Assembly: GCA_016186115.1 (NCBI GenBank)
Contig: JACPMK010000003.1
Span: forward strand, 154,470 to 218,469
Direction of reading: 5' to 3'
DNA length: 64,000 nucleotides
From: Candidatus Wildermuthbacteria bacterium
GTDB taxonomy: Bacteria > Patescibacteriota > Minisyncoccia > Minisyncoccales > UBA10102
Each line of letters opens with the position of its first letter. Within the stretch, counting starts at the first letter, position 1. The position numbers were made by a program, and so were the translations under genes. Of the stretch, positions 28,245-37,970 are shown piece by piece. The notes under the pieces were generated by a model. That model ran no database searches. It worked only from the letters and a program-made list of their open reading frames with translations, and had not been told where the DNA came from.

Positions 28245-29156
28245 ATGGACAATTTTCAACTACTCCCCAAAAAAGAGAGTGAGCTTAAGCACTATCTGAA
28301 GCTTATTTCCCAAAAAAATAAGATCATTTTTGGTCTGGCTGTCGGAGCTATGATTGTAGCTGGTGGCTTGAGTTCTCAATTAAGCACTTCTTCAAAAGTG
28401 GAGGCAGTGTTTCAGGTAGGGACAATCGATGGTGCCGCGATTGAATCTCCGCAGGCAATCATTGAAAAGGTGAGAGCAAACATTTACATAAGCCAGCTTC
28501 AGGCGAGTTCTCGCGTGGACGATACCGAGCTAAGGAAAATGAGATTGACAAATCCCCCGGCTACAAATCTTATCAAGATAGAAATAAACAGCACTCAACC
28601 AGACCGGGCCAAAGATACTTTGCAGGCCCTGCTTGTTTTAATGGGAAAGGATCTCGAGAAAAGAATTAATGCGAAAAAAGAATCGTGGAGAACAGAAATT
28701 GCCTTTTTAGAAGACGATATTAAGCTTATGAATGAAGCTATCAAACGGCTTGATGGAGAAATCCAGTTGCTCGAAGGAGAAAGAAAGAGTTTTGAACAGA
28801 AAGAAAGAATTATTGAGAATTCAAATCCTTATGATCAAGTGAGTCAACGGCTCAGCGGATCTGTATTTATGCTTTTGGATACACGGGAAAAAATCGACCG
28901 GATAAGAGAAGACATGCAAGAATTACAAGGAGGAAAAGAACGCATGTCTTCTAGTATCCTTTCGCTTCAAAGACAAATCTCTCTGTTCCGCGATAAGCTT
29001 TCCAATAACGTCGAATCCCCCCTTGTCCTAAAAGACCCTGTAGTTTCGCAGACCTCCAAACAGCCGGGCATGCTTATGAATACTGTTGTTGCCGGTATTC
29101 TTGGTTTGGTGGCAGGGACCACGCTGGTGTTTGCAAGAGAATGGTGGAAGGCCTAG
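28245..29156 (+). CDS. Polysaccharide co-polymerase / chain-length determinant (Wzz-like)
   Basis: An N-terminal and a C-terminal TM helix flank a long coiled-coil-prone periplasm-type domain. It is the last gene of the glycan locus. Confidence 0.6.
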   Translation: MDNFQLLPKKESELKHYLKLISQKNKIIFGLAVGAMIVAGGLSSQLSTSSKVEAVFQVGTIDGAAIESPQAIIEKVRANIYISQLQASSRVDDTELRKMRLTNPPATNLIKIEINSTQPDRAKDTLQALLVLMGKDLEKRINAKKESWRTEIAFLEDDIKLMNEAIKRLDGEIQLLEGERKSFEQKERIIENSNPYDQVSQRLSGSVFMLLDTREKIDRIREDMQELQGGKERMSSSILSLQRQISLFRDKLSNNVESPLVLKDPVVSQTSKQPGMLMNTVVAGILGLVAGTTLVFAREWWKA

Positions 29157-29291
29157 CAGTAGTTTTCCACAGTTTTTTTCTTGACTCATTCTGCTGGTGT
29201 GAGAAAATGACGTAATGTCGATAAAACCAGAGGTTTTTATTTATTGGTTGTGAAAAACTAGAACAATGTTGTTTTAGTTTTTTATTTTTAT

Positions 29292-32200
29292 ATGTTTCAT
29301 AAAAAATCAGTACCAAGTAATTTTAGAAAGGGCATTCCATTTATTATTGTAATATTCGTGGTAATGCTGGCAGGAGTTGCCTGGTTTGTGCCCGGCGCTC
29401 CTCATGCTGAAGCCGCAGTGAGCAATGTGGTTCTGGCCGATAACGATACTACAGGGTATGGGTTAGATGGAAGGGACTTTTCCGTAACCTGGACTCCGGG
29501 TGATTCACCCGCAGGTTATGTAGGAACAAAAATATATATTCTTCCCGCAGCAGTTGCTGCAAGTGTAACTACGGGAAATGTGGCTACAAACGGATGTTCT
29601 GGGAATGCCTGTCAGGACAGAGGAATTTTCTTTCAGCAGAGCCAGTCATCTCATACGCTTCCCCAGTTTGAGCAAAATGATAGCGTGGGGACGGCATGGA
29701 GTGCTGCCACTTCCTACAAGGCCTGTATCTTGATCGATGCCACAACTGACGAATTGACGTGTTCTGCTGCCGGGGTCAGTCCGACTTCAGACAGTCCCAG
29801 CGATGCGAATCGTCCTTTTATTGATCATGCTGCTGTTCATAGCGCTCAAGGGGGAGTGGATGCGGTAATCCTTGCATTTGTTTTTGATGATCAAACAACC
29901 TCAACTGAATTTACAAGTCCTACAGTAGACGCAGTTCAATATTTCAAACTTTTTTACGGAGCCAATGTAGCAAGCAGCGAAACGGCAACAAACGGGGCGC
30001 AGGTTGACGGGAAGTTATTCAAATTCATTGTGCCAGCAGCATCAGTTCCTGCAGCAGGGGGTACGTTCCAGTACTATCTTTCTGCAAAAGACAAGTCGGC
30101 AAATACCACTTTCTTTTGCGCCAATCCCAATGCAGCTACCGCAGCAGAATGCAAAAGTTCTCCCATTGTTGTAAATACGGTTGCAGCCGGTTCACGCACT
30201 ATTGCCGGCACTATTTCAGGGCTTAATGCCGGGGTAACAACTGCCTTGTCTGGAGCGTATGTATTTCCAGCCGGATTTGCCAAAGACACAACGACAACGA
30301 ATGGTAGCGGTGCCTATACCTTGAGCGGCATTCCCAATAACGAAGCTCTTGATATAAGCGCATACAAATCCGGGTATTGCATGAATAAAAGATTTGAAGT
30401 AGTCGGAACCGGTAATCTCACAGGAATCAACATGAACCTTAATCAAGGGGAATGCGGATTCAGCGGAGCCGGAGGACCGGGAGCTGGAACGAGCGGAGCT
30501 CCCGCAGTACTGTTTTCTGGGCCTTCGGAAGGATCATCCAGCGTTCCTTTAACAGAAAAGCTGCGAGTCGGGCTTAACCAGTCGATGAATGCGAATACTG
30601 TCAATGATGCAGATGCATCAAATGCGGGAAGCAATGTGTACCTGACTACTGATGACGGGACCACTAAAGTTGCTGGCTCTGTTGTGTATTGCGCGAGCAG
30701 CGCATCCCCGGGATGTTCTGCGTTATTCTCGCAAGATCAAAATACGATTCTTTTCTCTCCTTCTAGCGATCTTACTGTAAATATATTTTATACATTAGTT
30801 GTTACCGAAGGAGTGACCAATACGGCAGGGCAATCGATTCAAGGCAATCGCGCGGGAGGAGGGCATAGAATCAGTTTTACCACTGGCGGCGCCGTCATGA
30901 ACTCAAGCACCGTGACCACGAACTTTGGGGACAGCGGCCAATATATGCCTCCGTATGTAAAATCAATGAATCCCGGACCAGGAGTAAGTGCGCCAACAGC
31001 AACGAATATCTTGCTTGAGTTCAGCGAGCGCCTGAATACAGCCACGATTACCACCACAAATATACAGCTATGGAATAAGGGTACAGGCGTGCAGGTTTCG
31101 TTGAGTTCGAGCGATATCAGCGTGGATCCAAACGAGCAACGTTTTGTTACCATTAATCCTGCAAGTAATTTGGCTGCAGGCGATTACGAAGTCCGGGTAA
31201 AGGGAGCTGTGGCAAGCGCAAGCGGCATGAGCTTGATGCCTCCTAGCCAAGCGACTTCGAATGCATTTGTCTCCCAGTTTACCGTATCAACTTCTGCAAC
31301 AGCACCGGCCCCAACCATTTATCCGGGCCTTACCTCAGGGAGCACGGGCGTTGCAGTGAATAGCGGATCCTTTGAATTTGGGTTTACTCAGCAGCTTTCC
31401 TACACTTCAATTTCGTCCACGAACATCACTCTGAAACGGGGATCCACAACGATTTCTGCAGATGTAAAATACAATCCCTCTCGAAACGGTGTGTTCGTAA
31501 TGCCGCAGGATGTCTTAGCTCCGAACACGACGTACACTATTACCTTTGGAACAGGGGTGACCTCGCTTGCAGGTACCGCTCTTGCTTCAGAACAGAACTT
31601 CACCTATACCACAGGATCAGCGGATACGACAGCACCCAAGTTAAGGGAGGTACGTTGCGATGACTATACCTGTACCGCGTTCTTTACCGAGCCCATGAAC
31701 CACGATACTCAGGCAGACAGTGATTTTGCGGGAAGCGTTCTGAATCATGCAAATATTACATTGACTCAGGGCGGAGCAGACAAGGTAATTTCTTCTACTC
31801 CTATAACGTATGATTCAGAGGCGTGGTCCATTACAGTGAAGGGCGTCGCTTTGACTGCCGGCGGAGGATCCTTTATCTTCACCGCTGCGGCTGCAACAGA
31901 GGATGTTTCCGATAACGGAATTGACGGGACCGCGAGAACGTTCACTGGCTCTGTCGAAAACAGCGCAAATACCTTTGGGTCCTTCGGAGATACGGGAATG
32001 TTTGCTCCTCCAACGTCTATTGCGGGAGGGGGAACAGCCGCATTTAAACCCGAAGGATTCGGATCTTTTTCTGCAGAGCAATTTGCATTTGGCCAGGCAG
32101 CCACGGCATACCCATTCAATAATATGGCGGGGAAGGACTCGAACGTGTTTCAGGTAAGGTTCGGTCCTGGAATTGCGCTTCAGAATGACGATCAGGTTGT

Positions 32201-35200
32201 GCTGACTTTCCCAAGCGGCACGACCATTACGAACGCGGTTCCTGATACGTTCTCTCCCTTCTACAACGATATGAATGGATCTGGTTCGGTAACCGCTATT
32301 TTCGACACTGCGTATGATACCGACGGAGTTGGTGTGGATGCGACCGCAAGAACCGTAACAGTCCAGCTGAATATCAGCGGAACTCCGGGAACGAGTGACC
32401 AATATACGATTGACCTTCGCAAGATCACAAACCCGTCCATTCCAAAGGGGCCTGAAACCGGAGGGTACACGCTCGGAATCAAAGTGGTGCGAGCAGGAAC
32501 CACGCTCGTGAATAAGACCTCAATGCCGTACTTCATTATGACGGCAGGGGAACGGAGTATCACGGTGAATATCTATGCCGGAAGCCAAGCAAGTCCCACC
32601 GCAGGAGCCAATGGTAACATCTTCCTTCACGGAGGAGGTCCTACAGGACCCATGGATAAGAATGTTACGCTTACGAATGGAATTATCTCTTCGGTAGATG
32701 GAACTGCAGCTTCAAGTATCCAGTATACAAATTTGAACGATGGTTGTTACTTCTTAGGCACTGATCCATTTGTTACCTTGGGAGGTAACGATTACTTTGG
32801 CCAAATGTCCCCGGAACCCGTATGCGTTAGTTCTTCTGCTTCTTCAGTAACAAAAAATATCGTATTGACTTCTTCTTCTGGTTCTGCGTCTGTGCCGTTG
32901 ACAGTCAAATTTTCCGGCATTGCAAGCTTCAATAGCACCGATGTGGATATCTTTGCAGGCGGACCCGGAAGATTTGTGGTCAAGACCCTCTCTGCTTTGG
33001 GTGCTCCTGATGCAAACGGTTACACCATTCGTCTTCCGCAAGACGGTACTTGGTTTGTGGGCGTGGGGCCGGCAATGCCAAAAAGCGCATCATCCAAAGT
33101 TACTACGATGTTGCCCGGAATTCCCCCGCCTCCTATTGAGCTAGCAGTAAGCGGCGTAGGCGGAGCAAGCCCCGCAATCAGCGCAGGGCGCAACGCTCCT
33201 GCCGGGGCATCATTCAATGATGCAACAGATACGGTTACCTTTACCTTTGCTACCGCAGATAAAACAGTTTCTGGCCAGGTAACTGATGGTAATTCAGGGT
33301 TGGCGAGCGTGCAGGTGTTTATGCATTCCCAAGGATTTGGTGCACCCGTGTTCACCACAACTGATGCAAGCGGCAACTTTACGATCAGTATGTCTGATTA
33401 TGGGGCATATGAAATTGGCGCCTTCAAGGATGGATTGCCTCCGATGTTCCAGCCCATTGAGGTGCAGCCCGATAATACGGTAACTCCTGCAGACGCAGGG
33501 ACTGCTCCCGATATCATTTTCAAGGGGAAGTTAATTACCGGAGATAATCCTTTGGTTCTTAAGTTGAAGAAAGGAACGTACTCAATTTCAGGAAAGGTGC
33601 TGGATGCTGCGAGCAGTGGGAATGGCATTGCAAACGCTTCTGTATTTGCAAATGATACCGCAGGAAATTTTGTGGGCGGCAATACCGATAGCAGCGGGAA
33701 CTATACTTTATTCGTTGATGCTGGTACTTGGACCATACGGTCCGAACTTCCTCCAGACAAAACCGATATCTGCGGTACACTTTCTACGACTCAAACGATT
33801 ACTACCGAGAGTAAGTCAAGCGTGAATCTTACTCCTTCTACAGCTACTTGTGTAGAATTATCCGGCACAATCACGGTCGGTGGCAGTGTCTTGGCAAATG
33901 CCCCGGTGTTCATTGATGAATGGGACGCGACCAACAGCAAGCCCATTACCGGAGGATTCTTTAAAGGAACGTCAACGAATAGCAGCGGAGTGTATGCCGT
34001 AAAAGTAGTGGGGAACAAAACTTATCGCGTGGGAACGTTTGACCCGAATAATGGAGAGATTGCGACAACAGCAACGGTTGCAGGATCCGATGTATTAAAT
34101 GCTCACATTACTGCGACCACAGGAACTATTACCTTTGCCTTCACGGGCGGAACTTCTTCGATGAATGCGTTTGCCGAAGTGAAGAATTCCACGAACTCGA
34201 CTCTCCGAAGAGGACAACAAAAGAATGGGCTAGACACAAATCTCACTATGTCTGTTCCTGCAGGTACCTACAACTACTTTGTTGATGTGTTTGGATTTGG
34301 GAAATTCACCGGGCAGGTTGCCACTGGTTCTACCGCAACCATTGATGTTTCAACATCGAGTTTCGTCTCTCTTTCCGGGAACGTGAAGGATGGGAATGCC
34401 GCTGAATCCAATAATTTGAAAGGAGTACTTGTTACTGCGACCGATACGACGACCGGTCTCGTTGCTACCGCGCTTACGGATTCAAGCGGCAATTACACAA
34501 TAAATGTGAAAACAGGAACGTACAAGGTTTCTTCTGCTTTGTCCGGATATGTTCCGAGTCAGGCGTCTGCCACCGTGAGTATTAGCGGAAATACTTCAAA
34601 TTACGATTTCGGCGGAGCAAGTGGCGATCAGACCGCGTTAGCCAAAGCAGGAAATGTGATCAGGGGTACTGTATATCAGTCAGACGGGAGTACTGCGATG
34701 AGCGAGGGGTCTGTTACTGCAACGGAAAGCTCCACGAATTTAGCAGTCACTGCTCCAATTGATCCTCAGAATGGTTCGTATTCTCTTTCTGTTACTAATG
34801 GAACCTGGACAGTTTCTGCAAAAGGCCCAAAGCATGCAAAGACCACAAGATCAGGCACGGTAACAATTGCGGGTGCCGATTCTACCGGTAACAATCTTAC
34901 GCTTACCGCAGATGCTTCACGTACTCCGAAAAGTGACAGTAAATCGATAGCCGCAAACACAGGTGGATCTCTGGACGATTCAGATAATAGCGGAATCAAA
35001 CTGACTGCAGGAGCTGGAGTATTGGCAACAGGATCCAGCAATGTAACAGTAGAGGTTGAGAAAAACTACAATGCTCCTGACACAAGCAACTTCATCCCGC
35101 TAGGGGACGTATCTTTCGATATTTCAGCTACTGGTTCAAGCGGCGCGATTAAGGATTTATCAGGGAATGCAGATATTCACATTGAATATACTGATTTGAT

Positions 35201-35963
35201 GAGTTCGCTCCCCAGCGGAGTAAGCGAAAGCAATCTTAAACTAGCATACTATTCTTCTGAAAGAGGAGAATATGTTCCCGTGGAAGACGGCTTTACTATC
35301 GACACCACGAATAATGTCATTACTGCCCAGACCGATCACTTCACGACTTTCGGGGTTGTGTACGGTTCATCGGTGAGCGTCGCGAGTACGACGACCTCCG
35401 GAGTCACTTCTCCTGAAGATCTTTCGGGATCGAGTCCTTCAGTATACGCATATAATGCTCCTGTATCAACTTCGACTCCGACCCCGACGCCAACTCCTGC
35501 TGCTCCTTCCGTTCCGACTTCGATTCCCACCTCTCCATCTGTCTCAACTCCGAGCATTTCCAAACCGATCTCTGAAATGACAAGAGAAGAGATCGTTGCC
35601 AAAATTGCAGAATTGCAGGCATTAGTAGCAAAACTCCAACAAGAATTGCAGGCGCTTAAACAAGGTTCAGTGCTTGTAGGTATCCCTGTCGATTTTTCCT
35701 TCAGCAATGACCTGAAATACGGAATGAGGTCAGACGAAGTAAAGTACCTTCAGATTATTTTGAAAGCAGAAGTGGGAGATCCTATCTATCCTGCGAATGT
35801 TCCTGCGGGTGGATGGTTCGGTACGACTACAAAAAATTCCGTAATTGCGTTTCAGGAAAAGTATGCACAAGAGATTCTGGCTCCATGGGGCTTCACCAAA
35901 GGTACTGGGCTGGTAGGTAAGACCACGAGAGCAAAATTGAATACATTGCTGGGAGCACAGTAG
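29292..35963 (+). CDS. Giant (2223 aa) secreted surface protein: signal peptide, SbsA/Big-like Ig domains, CarboxypepD_reg-like beta-sandwich repeats, PT-rich linker, coiled coil, C-terminal PG_binding_1-like domain
   Basis: The signal is ...PGAPHAEA/AV. FSE..N motifs are typical of SbsA_Ig-like domains. There is a recurrent G.V.D....A.V......T.SSGNYT pattern. The C-terminus is LKYGMRSDEVKYLQIIL...FGTTTKNSVIAFQEKY. Confidence 0.85.
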   Translation: MFHKKSVPSNFRKGIPFIIVIFVVMLAGVAWFVPGAPHAEAAVSNVVLADNDTTGYGLDGRDFSVTWTPGDSPAGYVGTKIYILPAAVAASVTTGNVATNGCSGNACQDRGIFFQQSQSSHTLPQFEQNDSVGTAWSAATSYKACILIDATTDELTCSAAGVSPTSDSPSDANRPFIDHAAVHSAQGGVDAVILAFVFDDQTTSTEFTSPTVDAVQYFKLFYGANVASSETATNGAQVDGKLFKFIVPAASVPAAGGTFQYYLSAKDKSANTTFFCANPNAATAAECKSSPIVVNTVAAGSRTIAGTISGLNAGVTTALSGAYVFPAGFAKDTTTTNGSGAYTLSGIPNNEALDISAYKSGYCMNKRFEVVGTGNLTGINMNLNQGECGFSGAGGPGAGTSGAPAVLFSGPSEGSSSVPLTEKLRVGLNQSMNANTVNDADASNAGSNVYLTTDDGTTKVAGSVVYCASSASPGCSALFSQDQNTILFSPSSDLTVNIFYTLVVTEGVTNTAGQSIQGNRAGGGHRISFTTGGAVMNSSTVTTNFGDSGQYMPPYVKSMNPGPGVSAPTATNILLEFSERLNTATITTTNIQLWNKGTGVQVSLSSSDISVDPNEQRFVTINPASNLAAGDYEVRVKGAVASASGMSLMPPSQATSNAFVSQFTVSTSATAPAPTIYPGLTSGSTGVAVNSGSFEFGFTQQLSYTSISSTNITLKRGSTTISADVKYNPSRNGVFVMPQDVLAPNTTYTITFGTGVTSLAGTALASEQNFTYTTGSADTTAPKLREVRCDDYTCTAFFTEPMNHDTQADSDFAGSVLNHANITLTQGGADKVISSTPITYDSEAWSITVKGVALTAGGGSFIFTAAAATEDVSDNGIDGTARTFTGSVENSANTFGSFGDTGMFAPPTSIAGGGTAAFKPEGFGSFSAEQFAFGQAATAYPFNNMAGKDSNVFQVRFGPGIALQNDDQVVLTFPSGTTITNAVPDTFSPFYNDMNGSGSVTAIFDTAYDTDGVGVDATARTVTVQLNISGTPGTSDQYTIDLRKITNPSIPKGPETGGYTLGIKVVRAGTTLVNKTSMPYFIMTAGERSITVNIYAGSQASPTAGANGNIFLHGGGPTGPMDKNVTLTNGIISSVDGTAASSIQYTNLNDGCYFLGTDPFVTLGGNDYFGQMSPEPVCVSSSASSVTKNIVLTSSSGSASVPLTVKFSGIASFNSTDVDIFAGGPGRFVVKTLSALGAPDANGYTIRLPQDGTWFVGVGPAMPKSASSKVTTMLPGIPPPPIELAVSGVGGASPAISAGRNAPAGASFNDATDTVTFTFATADKTVSGQVTDGNSGLASVQVFMHSQGFGAPVFTTTDASGNFTISMSDYGAYEIGAFKDGLPPMFQPIEVQPDNTVTPADAGTAPDIIFKGKLITGDNPLVLKLKKGTYSISGKVLDAASSGNGIANASVFANDTAGNFVGGNTDSSGNYTLFVDAGTWTIRSELPPDKTDICGTLSTTQTITTESKSSVNLTPSTATCVELSGTITVGGSVLANAPVFIDEWDATNSKPITGGFFKGTSTNSSGVYAVKVVGNKTYRVGTFDPNNGEIATTATVAGSDVLNAHITATTGTITFAFTGGTSSMNAFAEVKNSTNSTLRRGQQKNGLDTNLTMSVPAGTYNYFVDVFGFGKFTGQVATGSTATIDVSTSSFVSLSGNVKDGNAAESNNLKGVLVTATDTTTGLVATALTDSSGNYTINVKTGTYKVSSALSGYVPSQASATVSISGNTSNYDFGGASGDQTALAKAGNVIRGTVYQSDGSTAMSEGSVTATESSTNLAVTAPIDPQNGSYSLSVTNGTWTVSAKGPKHAKTTRSGTVTIAGADSTGNNLTLTADASRTPKSDSKSIAANTGGSLDDSDNSGIKLTAGAGVLATGSSNVTVEVEKNYNAPDTSNFIPLGDVSFDISATGSSGAIKDLSGNADIHIEYTDLMSSLPSGVSESNLKLAYYSSERGEYVPVEDGFTIDTTNNVITAQTDHFTTFGVVYGSSVSVASTTTSGVTSPEDLSGSSPSVYAYNAPVSTSTPTPTPTPAAPSVPTSIPTSPSVSTPSISKPISEMTREEIVAKIAELQALVAKLQQELQALKQGSVLVGIPVDFSFSNDLKYGMRSDEVKYLQIILKAEVGDPIYPANVPAGGWFGTTTKNSVIAFQEKYAQEILAPWGFTKGTGLVGKTTRAKLNTLLGAQ
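33260..34840 (+). repeat. Protein-level tandem array of about 5-6 CarboxypepD_reg-like units inside the giant gene
   Basis: Repeated SG.V.D......A.V.....G....T.TD.SGN(Y/F)T(L/I)....G.Y.(V/I) units. They are diverged at the DNA level. Confidence 0.6.
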
Positions 35964-35998
35964 GAGTTTGTCAGCAGATCCAAAGATTTTAACAACAG

Positions 35999-36035
35999 CA
36001 AAAGTCCTGAGCGAAGTCGAAGGACTTTTGTTTTT
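35999..36035 (+). terminator. Rho-independent terminator of the giant gene
   Basis: caaaagtcct / 12-nt loop / aggacttttg followed by ttttt. Confidence 0.75.
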
Positions 36036-36060
36036 GAAGTAAATTTGATACATTAGGTTT

Positions 36061-37782
36061 ATGCGAAAGCAATTGCTTACATTTTTATTGATTGGCGTGG
36101 GATTCCTGGCTGCGCCTCATATTGTCGATGCAGACATACTAGGGCAGAAGGTTACTTTTTTCATTGATCAGCAGAGCGATGCGGAACAACGAGAGAGGAT
36201 ATCTGCGACCCTTCAGTTTATTGCTGATGATTTGTATTTTTATACCGAAGATAGCTGGTGGAATTCCTTGGATCAAGATCAAAGAAATGGCTATATTGAA
36301 AAATTCCGTACCTTAGGGGTGAATTTCCAAAAAGAAATATACCCAACGCTTACCAATCTCTTTGGAACAGAGAATAGACCGGGTATCGATAAAGATGCTC
36401 TGATTACGATATTGATTCACCCGATGAAATCAAAGCAAGTCGGAGGGTATGTGCGTTCGTTGGATGGGCATTTCAAGCTTGAAGCCCCTACGTCGAACGA
36501 AAGAGAGATGCTCTATCTAAGCCCGGAGAGTGTTGTCTCAACCTTTGCAAAGAGCTTTCTTGCGCATGAATTCACGCATCTCATTTATTTCAATCAGAAT
36601 CCAGCTGCAGAGAGTATCGAGGGCGAAACATGGTTTGCAGAAGGGTTTGCGGAATTAGCGCCAACATTTGTTGGATACGATGCAGAGCGGGGAGAGACCT
36701 ATCTGAAGGTTCGGCAGGCCGACTTTGTTGCCAATAAAACCGATTCTCTTACAGAATGGAGCAAAATAGCAGATTATGGGGTAGTGAATATATTTTTTCA
36801 ATATCTGAAAGAACAGTATGGATCCCAAGTATTACTTGAGGCCTTTCGTTCTTCCCAGCCCGGGATTTTAGCAGTTGAGGAAGCATTGGAAAAGAATGGG
36901 ATCAAAAAGAGTTTCGATCAAATTTTTACCAACTGGACGATCGCATTATTTCTTAATGATTGCTCGTATGGAAAGGAGTATTGTTTTGAAAGAGAAGAAC
37001 TGTCGCAATTGAGAGTGGCTCCTTATACAAGTATTCTTCCCACATTCGGCGACAGTTCCCTTACCATCACCAATCAGACAAAGGACTGGGCCGGAAACTG
37101 GCACAAGGTAACTGGCCGGCAAGGATTTTTGAAAATATCCTTTGAAGGAAATCCTACTGCAAAATTCGTGCTTCCGTATCTTTTACAAAAACAATCGGGC
37201 AGCTATGAGTTGCAGTTTCTGCCATTGAGCCCGGATCAGAAAGGAGAGATTCAGGTGAAGAATTTTGGAAAAGAATATATTGCCTTGATCATCATTCCTA
37301 CGGTTCAGACGAAGCGTTCTGCGTTTACGAATTCCGATCCCGCATACTTTTTCTCATGGACTGCAAGTATTACAGGAAGCGAGAATGCTTCAGGAAGTGC
37401 CAATACCAATGCCGGCCAAAAGATTCAGGAACTTCTCCGGCAGATCGAACTTTTGCAGGCGAAAGTAAGGGAATTACAAGCGCAACTCACGCTTCTTCAG
37501 GGGACCAATCCGTGTAGTCGGTTCGAGAGCGATCTCTTCTTCGGTCTTCAGAATAACTCGCAGGTACGTTGTCTTCAGCAGTTTCTCAAGAGTCAGGGGC
37601 CTGCGATGTATCCCGAGGGTTTGGTAACCGGAAATTTCCTTTTCTTTACGAAGCAGGCGGTAATCAACTTCCAGGAAAAATATGCTTCAGAAATTCTTAC
37701 TCCTTTAGGGTTGAGCAAGGGTACTGGTTTTGTGGGGCAGATGACGAGAAAGAAAATCAACGAAATTCTTGGCTATCATTGA
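36061..37782 (+). CDS. Secreted gluzincin-like metallopeptidase (Peptidase_MA-like HExxH...EGFAE) with C-terminal coiled coil plus PG_binding_1-like anchor
   Basis: Signal peptide, HEFTH at 36565-36579, and WFAEGFAE 18-21 residues later (compare the M1 WLNEGFA motif). The C-terminal module is homologous to that of the giant protein. Confidence 0.65.
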   Translation: MRKQLLTFLLIGVGFLAAPHIVDADILGQKVTFFIDQQSDAEQRERISATLQFIADDLYFYTEDSWWNSLDQDQRNGYIEKFRTLGVNFQKEIYPTLTNLFGTENRPGIDKDALITILIHPMKSKQVGGYVRSLDGHFKLEAPTSNEREMLYLSPESVVSTFAKSFLAHEFTHLIYFNQNPAAESIEGETWFAEGFAELAPTFVGYDAERGETYLKVRQADFVANKTDSLTEWSKIADYGVVNIFFQYLKEQYGSQVLLEAFRSSQPGILAVEEALEKNGIKKSFDQIFTNWTIALFLNDCSYGKEYCFEREELSQLRVAPYTSILPTFGDSSLTITNQTKDWAGNWHKVTGRQGFLKISFEGNPTAKFVLPYLLQKQSGSYELQFLPLSPDQKGEIQVKNFGKEYIALIIIPTVQTKRSAFTNSDPAYFFSWTASITGSENASGSANTNAGQKIQELLRQIELLQAKVRELQAQLTLLQGTNPCSRFESDLFFGLQNNSQVRCLQQFLKSQGPAMYPEGLVTGNFLFFTKQAVINFQEKYASEILTPLGLSKGTGFVGQMTRKKINEILGYH

Positions 37783-37837
37783 CAATAAAAAACGTATCGG
37801 CTATAATGAAGTATAGGTGAGTTAAGCTTCAATTCGG

Positions 37838-37874
37838 CAGCAGGCCCCACTCGAGCGGGGCTTGTTGTTTTTTT
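37838..37874 (+). terminator. Rho-independent terminator
   Basis: cagcaggcccc / actcgagc / ggggcttgttg (11 bp including G-U pairs) followed by ttttttt. Confidence 0.7.
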
Positions 37875-37970
37875 GTTCGAAGTATTCTATGATGAACTTG
37901 GACCAAGGGGCCGTACTCACCTATATTTTTGAATTGGGGTATAACGCCCTTGGTCCACTACATCTCTGCT

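Noticed and set aside
35467-35555. PT/PS-rich stretch (STPTPTPTPAAPSVPTSIPTSPSVSTPS) as a DNA tandem repeat
   Set aside because: It is a low-complexity proline/threonine linker at protein level. The nucleotide sequence is not a clean tandem repeat.
29292-35963. Many antisense or out-of-frame ORFs (60-195 aa) inside the giant surface-protein gene, for example 31815-32402 (-)
   Set aside because: They are typical shadow ORFs of a long, compositionally biased (Thr/Ser/Gly/Ala-rich) gene. None has start, SD or domain support, and the sense frame is uninterrupted for 6.7 kb.
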